A stretch of 64,000 bases of DNA from a virus, in the IMG/VR virus record IMGVR_UViG_3300045988_091566, one strand, 5' to 3'. Under the pieces are notes generated by a model. It saw only the letters and a list, made by a program, of their open reading frames with translations, made no database searches and was not told the DNA's origin. Both the position numbers and the translations under genes were made by a program. Numbering within the stretch: the first letter of the stretch is position 1; the number at the start of each line of letters is the position of its first letter. Below are positions 1-9,734 of the stretch, piece by piece.

Positions 1-349
1 TACTGAAATATTAAATTACTTAGACAATGAAAATAATTATAAATAATATCTTACCTCCAAAAGGTTTTAAATGTATAAATTTATTTGGTATATTATTCTG
101 TAGAAGAATACTAAATAAAATAGATATAAATCATGAAACTATACATACTAAATAGATGCAAGAATTGTTATATATATTCTTTTATTTATGGTATATAATA
201 GAATATTTAATTAGATTAATTATATATAGAGATACTAAATTAGCTTATAAAAATATCTCCTTTGAAAGAGAAGCTTATTAGAATTAGGGTGATTTAAATT
301 ATTTAAGTAATAGAAAACATTATAGTTGGTTTAGTTATATTAAGAAGAT

Positions 350-466
350 ATGAAACAAATGATTAAAACTGGAAAAGGATTACTATGGAAAATAGAACAC
401 CCAGTAGAAATAGCATATTCTGAGATTACTCTAGATTCTTTATTAAAACTATGTGAAAAAATATGA
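350..466 (+). CDS. small hypothetical protein (38 aa); its stop overlaps the next gene's start in an ATGA motif
   Basis: ATG at 350, TGA at 464-466, in frame 2. No in-frame stop. Overlaps the ATG at 463 of the downstream gene, which suggests translational coupling. Confidence 0.3.
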   Translation: MKQMIKTGKGLLWKIEHPVEIAYSEITLDSLLKLCEKI

Positions 467-1818
467 AATGGATACCTAAATATTAGAAAGCAGGTAAATT
501 AAATTTTAAAACTTCTGGATTGTCTTGGCAACAATCTAAATAGGATTAGGAAGTGACAAGACATACTCAATCTATAGGAATTCTGAATCCTACTAATTTA
601 AAAAGAAGATTATAGACAGCTTCTAAAAATTTAAAAGCTAAATATAATAATCTATCAACTAAAGAGAGAATAGCTTTAGCTAAGAGGAGTGTGCCTCATA
701 GTGAGATAGTTACAGTAAGGGATTAGTAGGGAAATACTAAAACTAGTACTAATCCTCAATCAGGAGCTATGTCAGGAGCAGATCCAGTAGGAGAATTTGT
801 AGTAGGAACTGCTGCAGGAAATTTAGGATTAGGTTTAGGTAAAATGGCTCTTTCTAAAATGGGTTAGAATGCAGTTTCCCATTGGGCAAGAAATAGTTTA
901 CTTAATGAGACCGCTGGAAATTTAACTAAGAATTTAAATAATCCATTAATTGAATCTGAAGCAGTACCTTTAGAAGATGGTTTTGTTTACAGAACATTCA
1001 CTCCCTCACATGGAGGATTTGTAAAAAACAATCGAATATATAATAGAAGCTACGGAATAGGAGATGTAAAAGTTCAGAATGGAAAATACTATTCTGTCAG
1101 ATAGGCTCATTTTAATAATCCTGATAAATTATGGTGGGATAAATTTGGACATAATAGAAGACAAGTAGTATAGGTAACTAAAGAATCTAACACATAGTCT
1201 TTATAGGATGCAGCTAATAACGGATTTAATTTAGGTTATGGATATTATACAAAAGGATATAAATTATCAGATCCTATAGAAATTGATAAAGTTATAAATT
1301 ATAAATTAGATCCTATAACCAACACCATGGTTCCTAGTATACCAGAAAAAATTATAAATAATAAACAAACTCCTTCTGAAATATTAAGTACTTCAGTAGA
1401 GGATAATCCTATTATGCAGTTATCTTATTACAAACCTACTAGAAAAGCTTGGAGTACTGGAAAAGCCGAAGGAAATGAAGCTACTTCTTATTTCTTTAAA
1501 CAATAGCCTAATCAAAGATTTGAATTAGTAAAGGACGTTGAACCTAATAATTATTCAATTCATTTTAAAACAGATAGAGATGGTTTAAGCTATGATAATA
1601 AAATGTAGCTATTTGCTAAGGTTGCAGATGAAGTACCTGAAGGTGCTAATCTCTCTACTTGGGGTTCTATATCTAGAGGAGGTATTCATGGTATAAATAG
1701 ATTTGGTAAAGACTTCGGATTTATCTAGAATGGAACTAGGCAACTTACTATGAAGGGAACTAAAGAACCTGTTAATATTCCAATATTTTAGAAACCTTTG
1801 TCTAGTTCCTTAAAATAA
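463..1818 (+). CDS. hypothetical late/structural protein (451 aa), TAG-recoded (about 15 in-frame TAG codons)
   Basis: Hand translation of frame 1 gives a continuous, protein-like sequence (MKWIPKY*KAGKLNFKTSGLSWQQSK...) from ATG 463 to TAA 1816-1818 when TAG is read as sense. There is no in-frame TAA or TGA. The standard-code ORF track shows nothing here. Confidence 0.6.
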
Positions 1819-1830
1819 ATTATTTAGAGA

Positions 1831-2046
1831 ATGAAATAGTTTTTAATTAAATTAATAACAGCGCATACTGGAATAAGTAGTAAAAGAGTGTGTGGAATAT
1901 TAGGATGGGTAATTAGTTTAGTTATTTTAATATACTGTTCTGTTAGTTAGATACAAGCTCCTGATATGATAGATACAGTTTTATATTGTTGTATGGGATT
2001 ACTAGGTATAGATAGCATAACTAGTATATGGAAAAATAAAGTATAA
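1831..2046 (+). CDS. small membrane protein (71 aa) with two predicted TM segments; holin-like candidate; contains 2 in-frame TAG
   Basis: Frame 1 reads M K * F L I K L I T A H T G I S S K R V C G I L G W V I S L V I L I Y C S V S * I Q A P D M I D T V L Y C C M G L L G I D S I T S I W K N K V, then TAA. There are two hydrophobic stretches. It sits in the late block. Confidence 0.35.
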
Positions 2047-2048
2047 AT

Positions 2049-2345
2049 ATGCCAAGAGGAATTAATGGAGAATATTATAATTATAGAATGCCCTTTGGAG
2101 GGAATTATTCGAATCCTTTAATATCTATATATAGTACAATAATACATTCTATAGATAATAAAAATCCTTATTTAATTACTAAAATTTACCAAACTCCAAC
2201 AAAATCAATACTATTTAATCCTAATATTATAGATGGAAAAGGAACAATGCATATTGATTGGAATAATTTAGATATATTTAAAAGTTTAACTCCAATAATA
2301 GGAAGTGCTTATGTTTATAAGAAGAGTAGGAACATTAATAGATGA
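2049..2345 (+). CDS. hypothetical protein (98 aa)
   Basis: ORF track, frame 3. The start context ATAAATATGCCAAGAG is repeated at 2642. Confidence 0.4.
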   Translation: MPRGINGEYYNYRMPFGGNYSNPLISIYSTIIHSIDNKNPYLITKIYQTPTKSILFNPNIIDGKGTMHIDWNNLDIFKSLTPIIGSAYVYKKSRNINR

Positions 2346-2658
2346 AAGTTTATATAATAGATGTATTGATTTAAGTAAAGATTATTTTGATAGAGATTAT
2401 TATAAATACCCTGAATTATAGCAATGGGCTGAAACTACTAGAAGGTATATTATTCAGGTATGGAGATTACAAAATCAATTAAAATACTATAAAGATAATA
2501 TAGACTTAAATAATTTTAAGAATTATAATCATTATAAATACGGAAAATCTCTTTTAGAGAGTTTTATAGGAAATGTTTTTGATTGGAAATTTATAGATTA
2601 TTCCAATAATGTAACTTATACCCATAATATAAAACATAAATATGCCAAGAGTAGATGA
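2311..2658 (+). CDS. hypothetical protein (about 115 aa) with one in-frame TAG; overlaps the previous ORF in another frame
   Basis: Frame 1 reads ATG 2311 ... TTA TAG CAA TGG GCT ... AGA TGA at 2656-2658. The translation MFIRRVGTLIDESLYNRCIDLSKDYFDRDYYKYPEL*QWAETTRRYIIQVWRLQNQLKYYKDN... looks protein-like. Confidence 0.35.
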
Positions 2659-3778
2659 AAGTAAACAAAATAAAGGAGTAAATAATAATACTCGGAATAA
2701 ATAGATGGCTATAGATATGGAATATTATAATAGATTAAATTATCCTAGGTTTAAATCTCCATATCTTGGTGCTAAATATTAGTAGAGAGTTATTCCAGTT
2801 AGAACTTTAAATGGGATACGAGATGTATTTGTAGATAATAGAGGAACTATAAAATAGGGAGGACATACTCATTCTAAATTATATAATTATAGTAATAAGA
2901 ATAGAACCCATCCTATAAAAGGAGCATATGCTAGAGAAGTAGATAGTTGGAATAATAATACTAGTCCTATTAAAGCATTAGTTAATTCAGGAATAGGTTA
3001 TGCTTTAGCTCCAGCTGCTTAGGCAGTATATGATTATACTAAAGGTGCTTTAGATATATCTAAGAATCCAACTAAAGCTAGTAATTATTTAGTAATGCTT
3101 CCTGTAATAGGATATGCTGTAAAAGCTCCTTTAAAACGTGGAGTAGAAGTAGCTATGAGAACTTCTAATGATGCAAATCCTATAGAAGACATAGTATATA
3201 ATATGCATAAAGCAAGTCCTAAAAAGCATGTTGGAGTATTATCTTATATATCAACTGGTGTAGGTTACAATACTTATGCTCCTGAAGCATATACTGGATT
3301 TTAGAAAGCAGCTAAAGGTAATGATATGATTGATGCTTATTTATATAATAAAACTATAAATCCTTCTTATGGAGTAAAGAAAATAAATGTAGATTATGGT
3401 CCACATGAGAATTATATAAGAAAGATATATCCATATAAAGATATTCCTGTATATGAAAATACTGAAACTTTAGATTTCTTTACTAAGAAACCTATGTAGA
3501 AAGCTTCTAATATAACTAATAAAACTCCTTGGAAAGGTGCTAATAATAATCTAGACTTTGGAGATAATGGAGTTGATGCTGCTGGACATTTAGTTTAGGA
3601 AGGAATATCTAATGGTAAGAAAGTATATAGAGCACAAGATATTTGGAAGTTTAATCCTGATGAATATAAGTAGAAATGGAGTTCATATGATTTAGACAGT
3701 AAAGCTGTATTAGGATTAAAAATATTAGATAAATTAGGAACTCCAGTAATAGTAAGAACACCATGGCTGTATAGGTAA
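2642..3778 (+). CDS. hypothetical late/structural protein (378 aa), TAG-recoded (about 9 in-frame TAG)
   Basis: Frame 2 is continuous from ATG 2642 to TAA 3776-3778 if TAG is read as sense. The ORF-track fragment 3095..3304 lies in the same frame. No in-frame TAA or TGA. Confidence 0.55.
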
Positions 3779-4899
3779 TTACTAACAATGATTCAATATA
3801 TGATTATTGGTATGAAGATGGGTAGTTGTATGGTAGAAGAAAATCAAATAAAGTCCCTTTTAAAATTAATTCTGATAAAGCTAATAGTATAATATTTCCA
3901 TAGGTTTAGGCTAAAGGAGTAGATCCTACTAAACCAACATCTACCTTAGTATACCATCCTGCAAAATATAAAGAAATGCCCACTGCTAAAAAAATATCTA
4001 TTCCTAAATAGGAAAAAGAAACAATATGGGAACGTGGTAAATAGTTGATTAATTTAGTAGGAAATGGATTAAGTAGAAAACTATAGTTATTTTTTGATTC
4101 AGAACCTGAGCATACTAGTAAAAGAATTAAAATTTCTAATAAAAAAATAACTAAAAATAAGAGGAGAGAAAATTTAGAAATAGAAATATCTCCAAATAGT
4201 TATACTATAAATGATACTACTAAAATAAACTCTAGAAGATATCGTATACCAGAATCCATAAATTTAACAAAGCATACTTTTGGTTATAGAAATAGAGGTG
4301 ATTATACTCCTATAAATAGTGTAGCAGCTCCTATTACTGCTTTTTCTAATTTCAAATCTAAAGAAAGCATATCTCCTAATAATTAGAATTATATAGGTAT
4401 AGATTCTATTGGTAAATTTGTTTTTGGTAAATATTCAGATATTCCTAATGGAAGTATGATTTCTCCAACATTTAAAAATACAGTTACTGGTTTTAAAACA
4501 GATTCTAAAGATAATGTATTATTCATGGAAAGTAATTCTAATGGTTCTAGAAAAAGTCCTATATTAAATGCTATAGTAAATGGTAAATCAGTAAATAACA
4601 GACTAAATTTCTTAGCTAATAATAATAGAACTGATGAATATGGTTCTATAGCTGGAGGAAGAATAATTATATAGGCGGGTAAAGAAGTTCGTTTAGTTTC
4701 CGGAAGTATAGATAATATTAGAGATGAGATAGAAGCTATGAAATCTAGAAACAATGTTAAAACAGTAGATTTATATACTTTAGATAATGGTACTTATCAT
4801 TCAGGATTAAGAACTTTTGATAAAATATTTACTAGAGATGACTTACTAAAATATGATGCTCAAAATACGGGCGGAGGAAATTTTTTATATATAAAATAA
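3763..4899 (+). CDS. hypothetical late/structural protein (378 aa), TAG-recoded (about 9 in-frame TAG)
   Basis: Frame 1 is continuous from ATG 3763 to TAA 4897-4899 with TAG as sense (MAVQVITNNDSIYDYWYEDG*LYGRRKSNKVPFK...). The ORF-track fragment 4456..4674 lies in the same frame. Confidence 0.55.
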
Positions 4900-4908
4900 T
4901 TAAAACCA

Positions 4909-4954
4909 CAATAGCCGAAGTTTCTCAAATGAGAAGCCTCGGCTATTTTTTTAA
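4909..4954. terminator. bidirectional intrinsic terminator between the convergent + late block and the minus-strand block
   Basis: Long hairpin ATAGCCGAAGTTTCTC-AAAT-GAGAAGCCTCGGCTAT followed by TTTTTTT. The revcomp also ends in a T-run. Confidence 0.6.
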
Positions 4955-5141
4955 ATTAATAAATATCCATCCCCAAATATTTATTAATAAGTAACAGATA
5001 ATTCATTTAACTTATCACAAAAATCAAGAGTTAATTGATTATCTTGTAAATCATTATCTCCTATAGTATCAATAATCTACTGTACTTCATTAAGTACTTT
5101 GTTCATTTTAGACTTTAAGTCTTTTAATTCTTTGTTAGTCA

Positions 5142-5423
5142 TTAATCAATTTTTATATAACCATTAACATCTAGATTATCATATATAGAAGTCATTGTAT
5201 ATCCTGTGATTGGATTTCTATAATGATATTTTTTAATTTCTATATCTTTTTCTGAATTAGAATTTATATTTTGGTTGTCTTTAATCCATTGGTCTAAATC
5301 AGCTTCTGTTCCATTCTCTAATTGAAATAGAATCTTAGGTTCTGATTTTAATCGTTTTAATTTTTTAGTAAGATTAGTTGTTTTTAAAATCTTACCATTT
5401 AATTCATAAATTGCTGCTATCAT
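5142..5423 (-). CDS. hypothetical protein (93 aa)
   Basis: ORF track. A GGGAGA motif lies upstream of its ATG. Confidence 0.45.
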   Translation of the reverse strand: MIAAIYELNGKILKTTNLTKKLKRLKSEPKILFQLENGTEADLDQWIKDNQNINSNSEKDIEIKKYHYRNPITGYTMTSIYDNLDVNGYIKID

Positions 5424-5630
5424 GTTCTCCCACTAGAATTCGAATCCAGACTAAAAGATTTCATTTTAACACCTCTGTAGAGGATTAGACTATCACATCC
5501 AGTCCTAGGACCAGTCTCTTTATTTAGTCGTTCACGCTGTATTTAAACTTGCGCCCTGTCACTTTATACTAAGTATATACGCTTCCAAGTCGATTAAAAG
5601 AGATTCTACTTAAAGATTATGGATTATCCT
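5424..5630 (-). other. structured non-coding region 3' of the HNH gene; contains a tRNA T-arm-like fragment (minus strand CTGGATTCGAATTCTAG) and several hairpins
   Basis: About 200 nt with no ORF. The minus-strand reading contains GGATTCGAA (a T-loop-like motif) and the palindromes GTCCTAGGAC and CCTCTACAGAGG. No complete cloverleaf could be built by hand. Confidence 0.25.
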
Positions 5631-6449
5631 TTAAGCATCCAATATTTCAAAGTAATAGTTTTTCCAAAGAATGCCAACATTTCTATTTAGAGTTGCTCTA
5701 CAAGTTTTCATTAATTTAGTAGTTACTAAATTATTATCCATTAACCATTGACAACATTCTGCTATACACCCAAATCTTCTTATTTCATTATGAGAAGAGT
5801 CATATTGTATAACATACTTTTGATTTTGTTTAGTTAATCCAGCTTCTGATAAAACTTGTTTTACTGCTTTAGGATTTAAATTATATCTATCAGCAACTTT
5901 CTTTTGATTTTTTAATTCTATATAAGAACTAATAATTAAATTCTTTAATTCATCAGAAAGTTCGTATTTAGATTCTACTTTTTGTTTATTTTTAGCACCA
6001 TAAGTAGTGGTTTGACTATGACAATTAGGACACAAAAATCTTAGATTTTCTATTCTATTATCATTATTTACACCATTAATATGGTCTAATTCTAGAGATA
6101 AAGTCTTACCCTGCCATTCTGTAATTCCACATATTGCACATGTATAAGGAAGTAATTTGTTTCTTAATATATAGCTTCTTAATATATTACGTGCGTGTTT
6201 TGAATTTTCACATAATAATTTAGAAGCATCTATTTCTTTCTTTTCATTACAGTCGACTATAGCTGATTTGCCTCTAAAATCTTTACCTGATAAATTTAAA
6301 TCTTGCATTCTTTGTTTAACTTGTGAATATCCCCAACTGTTTCCAACAGTAGTATATCCAAGTTTAAATAAAACTTCTGAGATATTCAGACTTGACTTAA
6401 CTAAGTCTGAAAACTCTTTATCCGTAAGTTTATAAATTTTATTTTCCAT
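5631..6449 (-). CDS. HNH homing endonuclease (272 aa)
   Basis: Contains the motif CAICGITEW...LELDHINGVNNDNRIENLRFLCPNCHSQ, a canonical HNH (His-Asn-His) signature, plus a C-terminal helix-turn-helix-like domain. Confidence 0.8.
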   Translation of the reverse strand: MENKIYKLTDKEFSDLVKSSLNISEVLFKLGYTTVGNSWGYSQVKQRMQDLNLSGKDFRGKSAIVDCNEKKEIDASKLLCENSKHARNILRSYILRNKLLPYTCAICGITEWQGKTLSLELDHINGVNNDNRIENLRFLCPNCHSQTTTYGAKNKQKVESKYELSDELKNLIISSYIELKNQKKVADRYNLNPKAVKQVLSEAGLTKQNQKYVIQYDSSHNEIRRFGCIAECCQWLMDNNLVTTKLMKTCRATLNRNVGILWKNYYFEILDA

Positions 6450-6508
6450 ACTTTAAAATTTTTAAGAGTCTTCTGTGCTAACCATTACACCATAGGAGAA
6501 TATTATCT

Positions 6509-6721
6509 TTATAGATAACTACTAATACTAAAAGGATTTGTAGTAGAAGTAGTTTTATTATTACTAGTGTTTATTGCAATAAACCCATTATGTGGTATAT
6601 CTTTTAAAACCATATTGTCTATAGTTAATTTAGGTCCATTAATAATATTTACTAGTTCTATTAATTGAGATACTGTAAGATTAGGAACTATCTTATTAAT
6701 TTTTTGTAATGTTTCTATCAT
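6509..6721 (-). CDS. hypothetical protein (70 aa)
   Basis: ORF track. Confidence 0.35.
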   Translation of the reverse strand: MIETLQKINKIVPNLTVSQLIELVNIINGPKLTIDNMVLKDIPHNGFIAINTSNNKTTSTTNPFSISSYL

Positions 6722-6905
6722 TTAAAAAATCAACTATGTGTTTAAATTCTTGTTTATATTTTTTATATTTAGAATTATCTAAATTAGAAGAAAAATCTTC
6801 TAAAGATATATCTGAGATAATTCCAAATATTAGACAAGCATTGTTAAATGTTTCATCATCTAATTTACTACAATATTCTTCAAATTCATCTACCTTTTTA
6901 GTCAT
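6696..6905 (-). CDS. hypothetical protein (69 aa)
   Basis: ORF track. Confidence 0.35.
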   Translation of the reverse strand: MTKKVDEFEEYCSKLDDETFNNACLIFGIISDISLEDFSSNLDNSKYKKYKQEFKHIVDFLNDRNITKN

Positions 6906-7115
6906 GGTTATATGAATTACATTATCAATAACCTATAAATTTATATTATACTAATCAGGAAGGTCTTTAATACTTTGTATTAGTTGTTCTTTATTCATTT
7001 AATATTTCTTTTTGATTACACGAGTAATATAGTCGAGGTAGAGAATATTAAAAGTTAATTTTTGTAAAAGTTAATATTTTAAGAAATTAAAATTAAAATT
7101 TTAAAAATCCAATTA

Positions 7116-7595
7116 CTAAATAAACTTATACTCAATTATATTTTTTATAATTTGAGTTCTATCAGATATTTTACCTTTAAAAAAGTATTCAGGATTTAAA
7201 TAGTAAACAGCTTTATATCTAGAATCTTTTAATAACATCTTTTTCTTTACTAAAGAAGTAATAGTATTACGTATAGTTCCAGCAGCTAAGTTAGTTTTAA
7301 TTTTAATAGTATCTCTAAGTTCTTCATCTAAAGAAATCTTATTTCCTGGAAGTGCCCTATCTTTATCTTCATAATAATTAGAAGTATACCATAAAACAGC
7401 TAATACATTAGACTCTGCTTTAGATAACTTATAAAATTCTTCATTATCTCTTAAATATATCTGGCAGAATTGTTCAGCACTAACAGTTTTAATAGTTTTA
7501 ACTTCAGCTGATAATATCTCTCCACCCACTCCAACTTTAATTGACTCTATTTGTTTCATATTAACATTTGTTTTAATTAAAATTAATTTATTCAT
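7116..7595 (-). CDS. hypothetical protein (159 aa), possible DNA-binding regulator
   Basis: ORF track. It is the first gene of the minus-strand unit and lies next to the divergent promoter region. Confidence 0.45.
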   Translation of the reverse strand: MNKLILIKTNVNMKQIESIKVGVGGEILSAEVKTIKTVSAEQFCQIYLRDNEEFYKLSKAESNVLAVLWYTSNYYEDKDRALPGNKISLDEELRDTIKIKTNLAAGTIRNTITSLVKKKMLLKDSRYKAVYYLNPEYFFKGKISDRTQIIKNIIEYKFI

Positions 7596-7998
7596 TTTTT
7601 ATATGATTCAAAATAAATTCACAAAAATTATGTCACAAAAATTATGAATAGAACAAATGTAGGAATGAATGAAGTGAATCCTCCAATGAATAAAATAAAT
7701 CTGTGAGTGCATAAAAAATTTGTAAGTGTCTGATAATCAAGGAGTTATGAAAATACTCTTCTTATCTTATACGTGAAAAATATTTTACATTTTTAAAATT
7801 TTAAAATTTTTAAGGTTACTTTATATATTCCCCCCCCCGTTATTTTTTAGGAACTGTTACATTAATGGCTTTATTGAAGTAGTTAATTTTTAAATTAAAT
7901 TAAGCTATTTGTTCGGGAGTAGACTACCTCCTTAGTCCCCCCACCATATTTAGTCAAAAAACAAAACAAAAAATTAATAATAATTAAACATTAAGATT
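7596..7998. promoter_or_regulatory. divergent intergenic control region: tandem direct repeat CACAAAAATTATG x2 (about 7621-7650), C9 homopolymer (7832-7840), A-rich leader
   Basis: 403 nt with no ORF between divergently oriented genes. The direct repeats and the homopolymer are read directly from the sequence. Confidence 0.35.
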
Positions 7999-8469
7999 AT
8001 GAAAGGTACAAACAATGAAATCAGTCTCAGCCTTTTAGGCTTGGAGAAAATGTACAAGGCTGACTTAGGTGAAGCCTTAGTAGAAAACACTGAGTTTGCT
8101 GTCAGCTTCCCTGACAGTGTAGAGCTCACGACACGTCAGATGTCCCGTGAACTCACTGCTGATGAGCAGCTCTTGCAACGCACTCATCAGTTAGGAATAG
8201 AGTTGACACCTGACGGGCGTGTTCCAAATGGTGAAGCTCCAATCTTAGTGGGGGTAGGTTTCACTAAGGATGATGACGGCAACGTAGTCTTCGGCGGCGG
8301 TAACCACGTAATGATTGCCGGCAACTTTGCAACAGTTTTCGCCGGTAAGACTTGCAAAGAGTGCGCGGAGGCTTATGATAAAGCCGTTAAGGACAACAAG
8401 AAAGTAGTAATGAAAGCTACTAAGTCCGCTAGAGGTAAGATTTGGTCGGAGTTTAGTATCAAGAAGTAA
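7999..8469 (+). CDS. hypothetical protein (156 aa) with markedly elevated GC and codon bias
   Basis: ORF track. The sequence, for example GGCGGCGGTAACCACGTAATGATTGCCGGCAAC, is far more GC-rich than its flanks. A strong terminator follows it. Confidence 0.65.
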   Translation: MKGTNNEISLSLLGLEKMYKADLGEALVENTEFAVSFPDSVELTTRQMSRELTADEQLLQRTHQLGIELTPDGRVPNGEAPILVGVGFTKDDDGNVVFGGGNHVMIAGNFATVFAGKTCKECAEAYDKAVKDNKKVVMKATKSARGKIWSEFSIKK

Positions 8470-8474
8470 TTAAA

Positions 8475-8497
8475 GGGGACTTTGTCCCCTTTTTTTA
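8475..8497 (+). terminator. intrinsic terminator
   Basis: GGGGAC-TTT-GTCCCC hairpin followed by T8. Confidence 0.6.
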
Positions 8498-8528
8498 CTG
8501 TTTCTATTTATTTTTTTGTAGTGTTTGT

Positions 8529-8771
8529 ATGTTTAAGACATTTTATGGATTAGCATTTAAACATTATTTCATTAACTCTGAAACATTAGAACTTTATCGT
8601 AATAAATATATTTCAAATATTGTTTATGGTTGGTTTTTAATTGTCTCGGTTGATGGAGGAGCTACATGGGAAGAAGTGAAACATGTTAGTAGTGGAATCT
8701 TGGAAATAAGATATAAAAACTATCTTATTGGATTAATTTCCGATGTTGAGGAATCTAAAGAGATAAAGTAG
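8529..8771 (+). CDS. hypothetical protein (80 aa)
   Basis: ORF track. Confidence 0.35.
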   Translation: MFKTFYGLAFKHYFINSETLELYRNKYISNIVYGWFLIVSVDGGATWEEVKHVSSGILEIRYKNYLIGLISDVEESKEIK

Positions 8772-9131
8772 GGGAGCAGACTAACTCCCAAAACTCAATC
8801 TCCAATTTCCAACAAATCTCAAATATTCACTACAAATTCATATCTAAAATCACTTTTAAACCATATTACAAATTCAATATTTATCACAAAATACAACACT
8901 TTATTATTTTATTTTAAATATTGAGTTAAACTAAAATCAAAACAACACAAATAAAAATAAACAAATGTTTTGTTTAATGACTTTTAAGGTTGAAATCCCT
9001 GTCTAAAGTTTACTTTAGACAAAATCCTATATCATAGAGCATACCTCAACGTGGTTTATAGGTCTTAAAACTAAAGTGCTTAATATTCATTTAAAAACCT
9101 CGCGATAGTATAAGGTAAATCGTATAAAGTT
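8772..9131 (+). other. strand-biased A/C-rich non-coding region (nearly G-free for about 200 nt) with a GTCTAAAGT-TTAC-TTTAGAC hairpin
   Basis: No ORFs in any frame. Low-complexity CA-rich repeats (CAAAACTCAATCTCCAATTTCCAACAAATCTCAAAT...). Palindrome at about 9001-9022. Confidence 0.3.
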
Positions 9132-9434
9132 ATGCAGTATTTTTATATTGTAGTATACACAATTGTTGGTGATGATTTGACAATGTGTAAAATAGGACTC
9201 AATCCTCATCAACTAACTAAATGGGGAAGAAGAGAGGCTACAAAATATCCTGAACGTAGTTATAAACTATACAGACAGTCTATAACACATACTGGTAAAA
9301 TTACATTCTATAAACAACTTAAATCATATGCAACTGAAGTAGAGCATAGTTTAAAAGTTATAAAAGAAGGTTTTGACTGGGATGCATTTGAGGCAAGTCG
9401 AGGGGCTGATATGGATATTGATATTCGTAGATAA
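9132..9434 (+). CDS. hypothetical protein (100 aa)
   Basis: ORF track. Confidence 0.4.
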   Translation: MQYFYIVVYTIVGDDLTMCKIGLNPHQLTKWGRREATKYPERSYKLYRQSITHTGKITFYKQLKSYATEVEHSLKVIKEGFDWDAFEASRGADMDIDIRR

Positions 9435-9501
9435 CTACAAACACCTGAGCATGTGTATAAACTGCTCTTAACTAGATTATTAACTCTTTAACATTAAAAT
9501 T

Positions 9502-9723
9502 ATGGATAGAAATGTATTAAATGATATAGTAAATATCTTATGTGCAAATATTGAGAAAGTACATGGAGTTATTATCACTCATAACGGCGTTATAACTAAT
9601 GCTTATGGAATGAATAAATATGAGTATCTTGATAGAATAGTATTTAGTAATGAATACATGAATAATATTATTCTTGAATATAAAGATATTAAATCCATAA
9701 CCATTGTTGGTAATGAACAATAA
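9502..9723 (+). CDS. hypothetical protein (73 aa)
   Basis: ORF track. Confidence 0.4.
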   Translation: MDRNVLNDIVNILCANIEKVHGVIITHNGVITNAYGMNKYEYLDRIVFSNEYMNNIILEYKDIKSITIVGNEQ

Positions 9724-9734
9724 TAACATTAAAT

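Noticed and set aside
2343-2345. TGA at the end of ORF 2049..2345 as a possible second reassigned codon (TGA to Trp)
   Set aside because: Reading through the TGA hits a TAA four codons later. No in-frame TGA is needed anywhere else in the late block, so only TAG appears to be reassigned.
4389-4754. Minus ORF 4389..4754 and plus ORF 4456..4674 in the late block
   Set aside because: The plus ORF is just the TAG-free internal segment of the longer TAG-recoded gene 3763..4899. The minus ORF is an antisense shadow.
5436-5520. Possible complete minus-strand tRNA near the HNH gene
   Set aside because: Only a T-arm-like segment (CTGGA-TTCGAAT-TCTAG) is present. I could not find a matching acceptor stem, D arm or anticodon arm, so it is reported only as a fragment.
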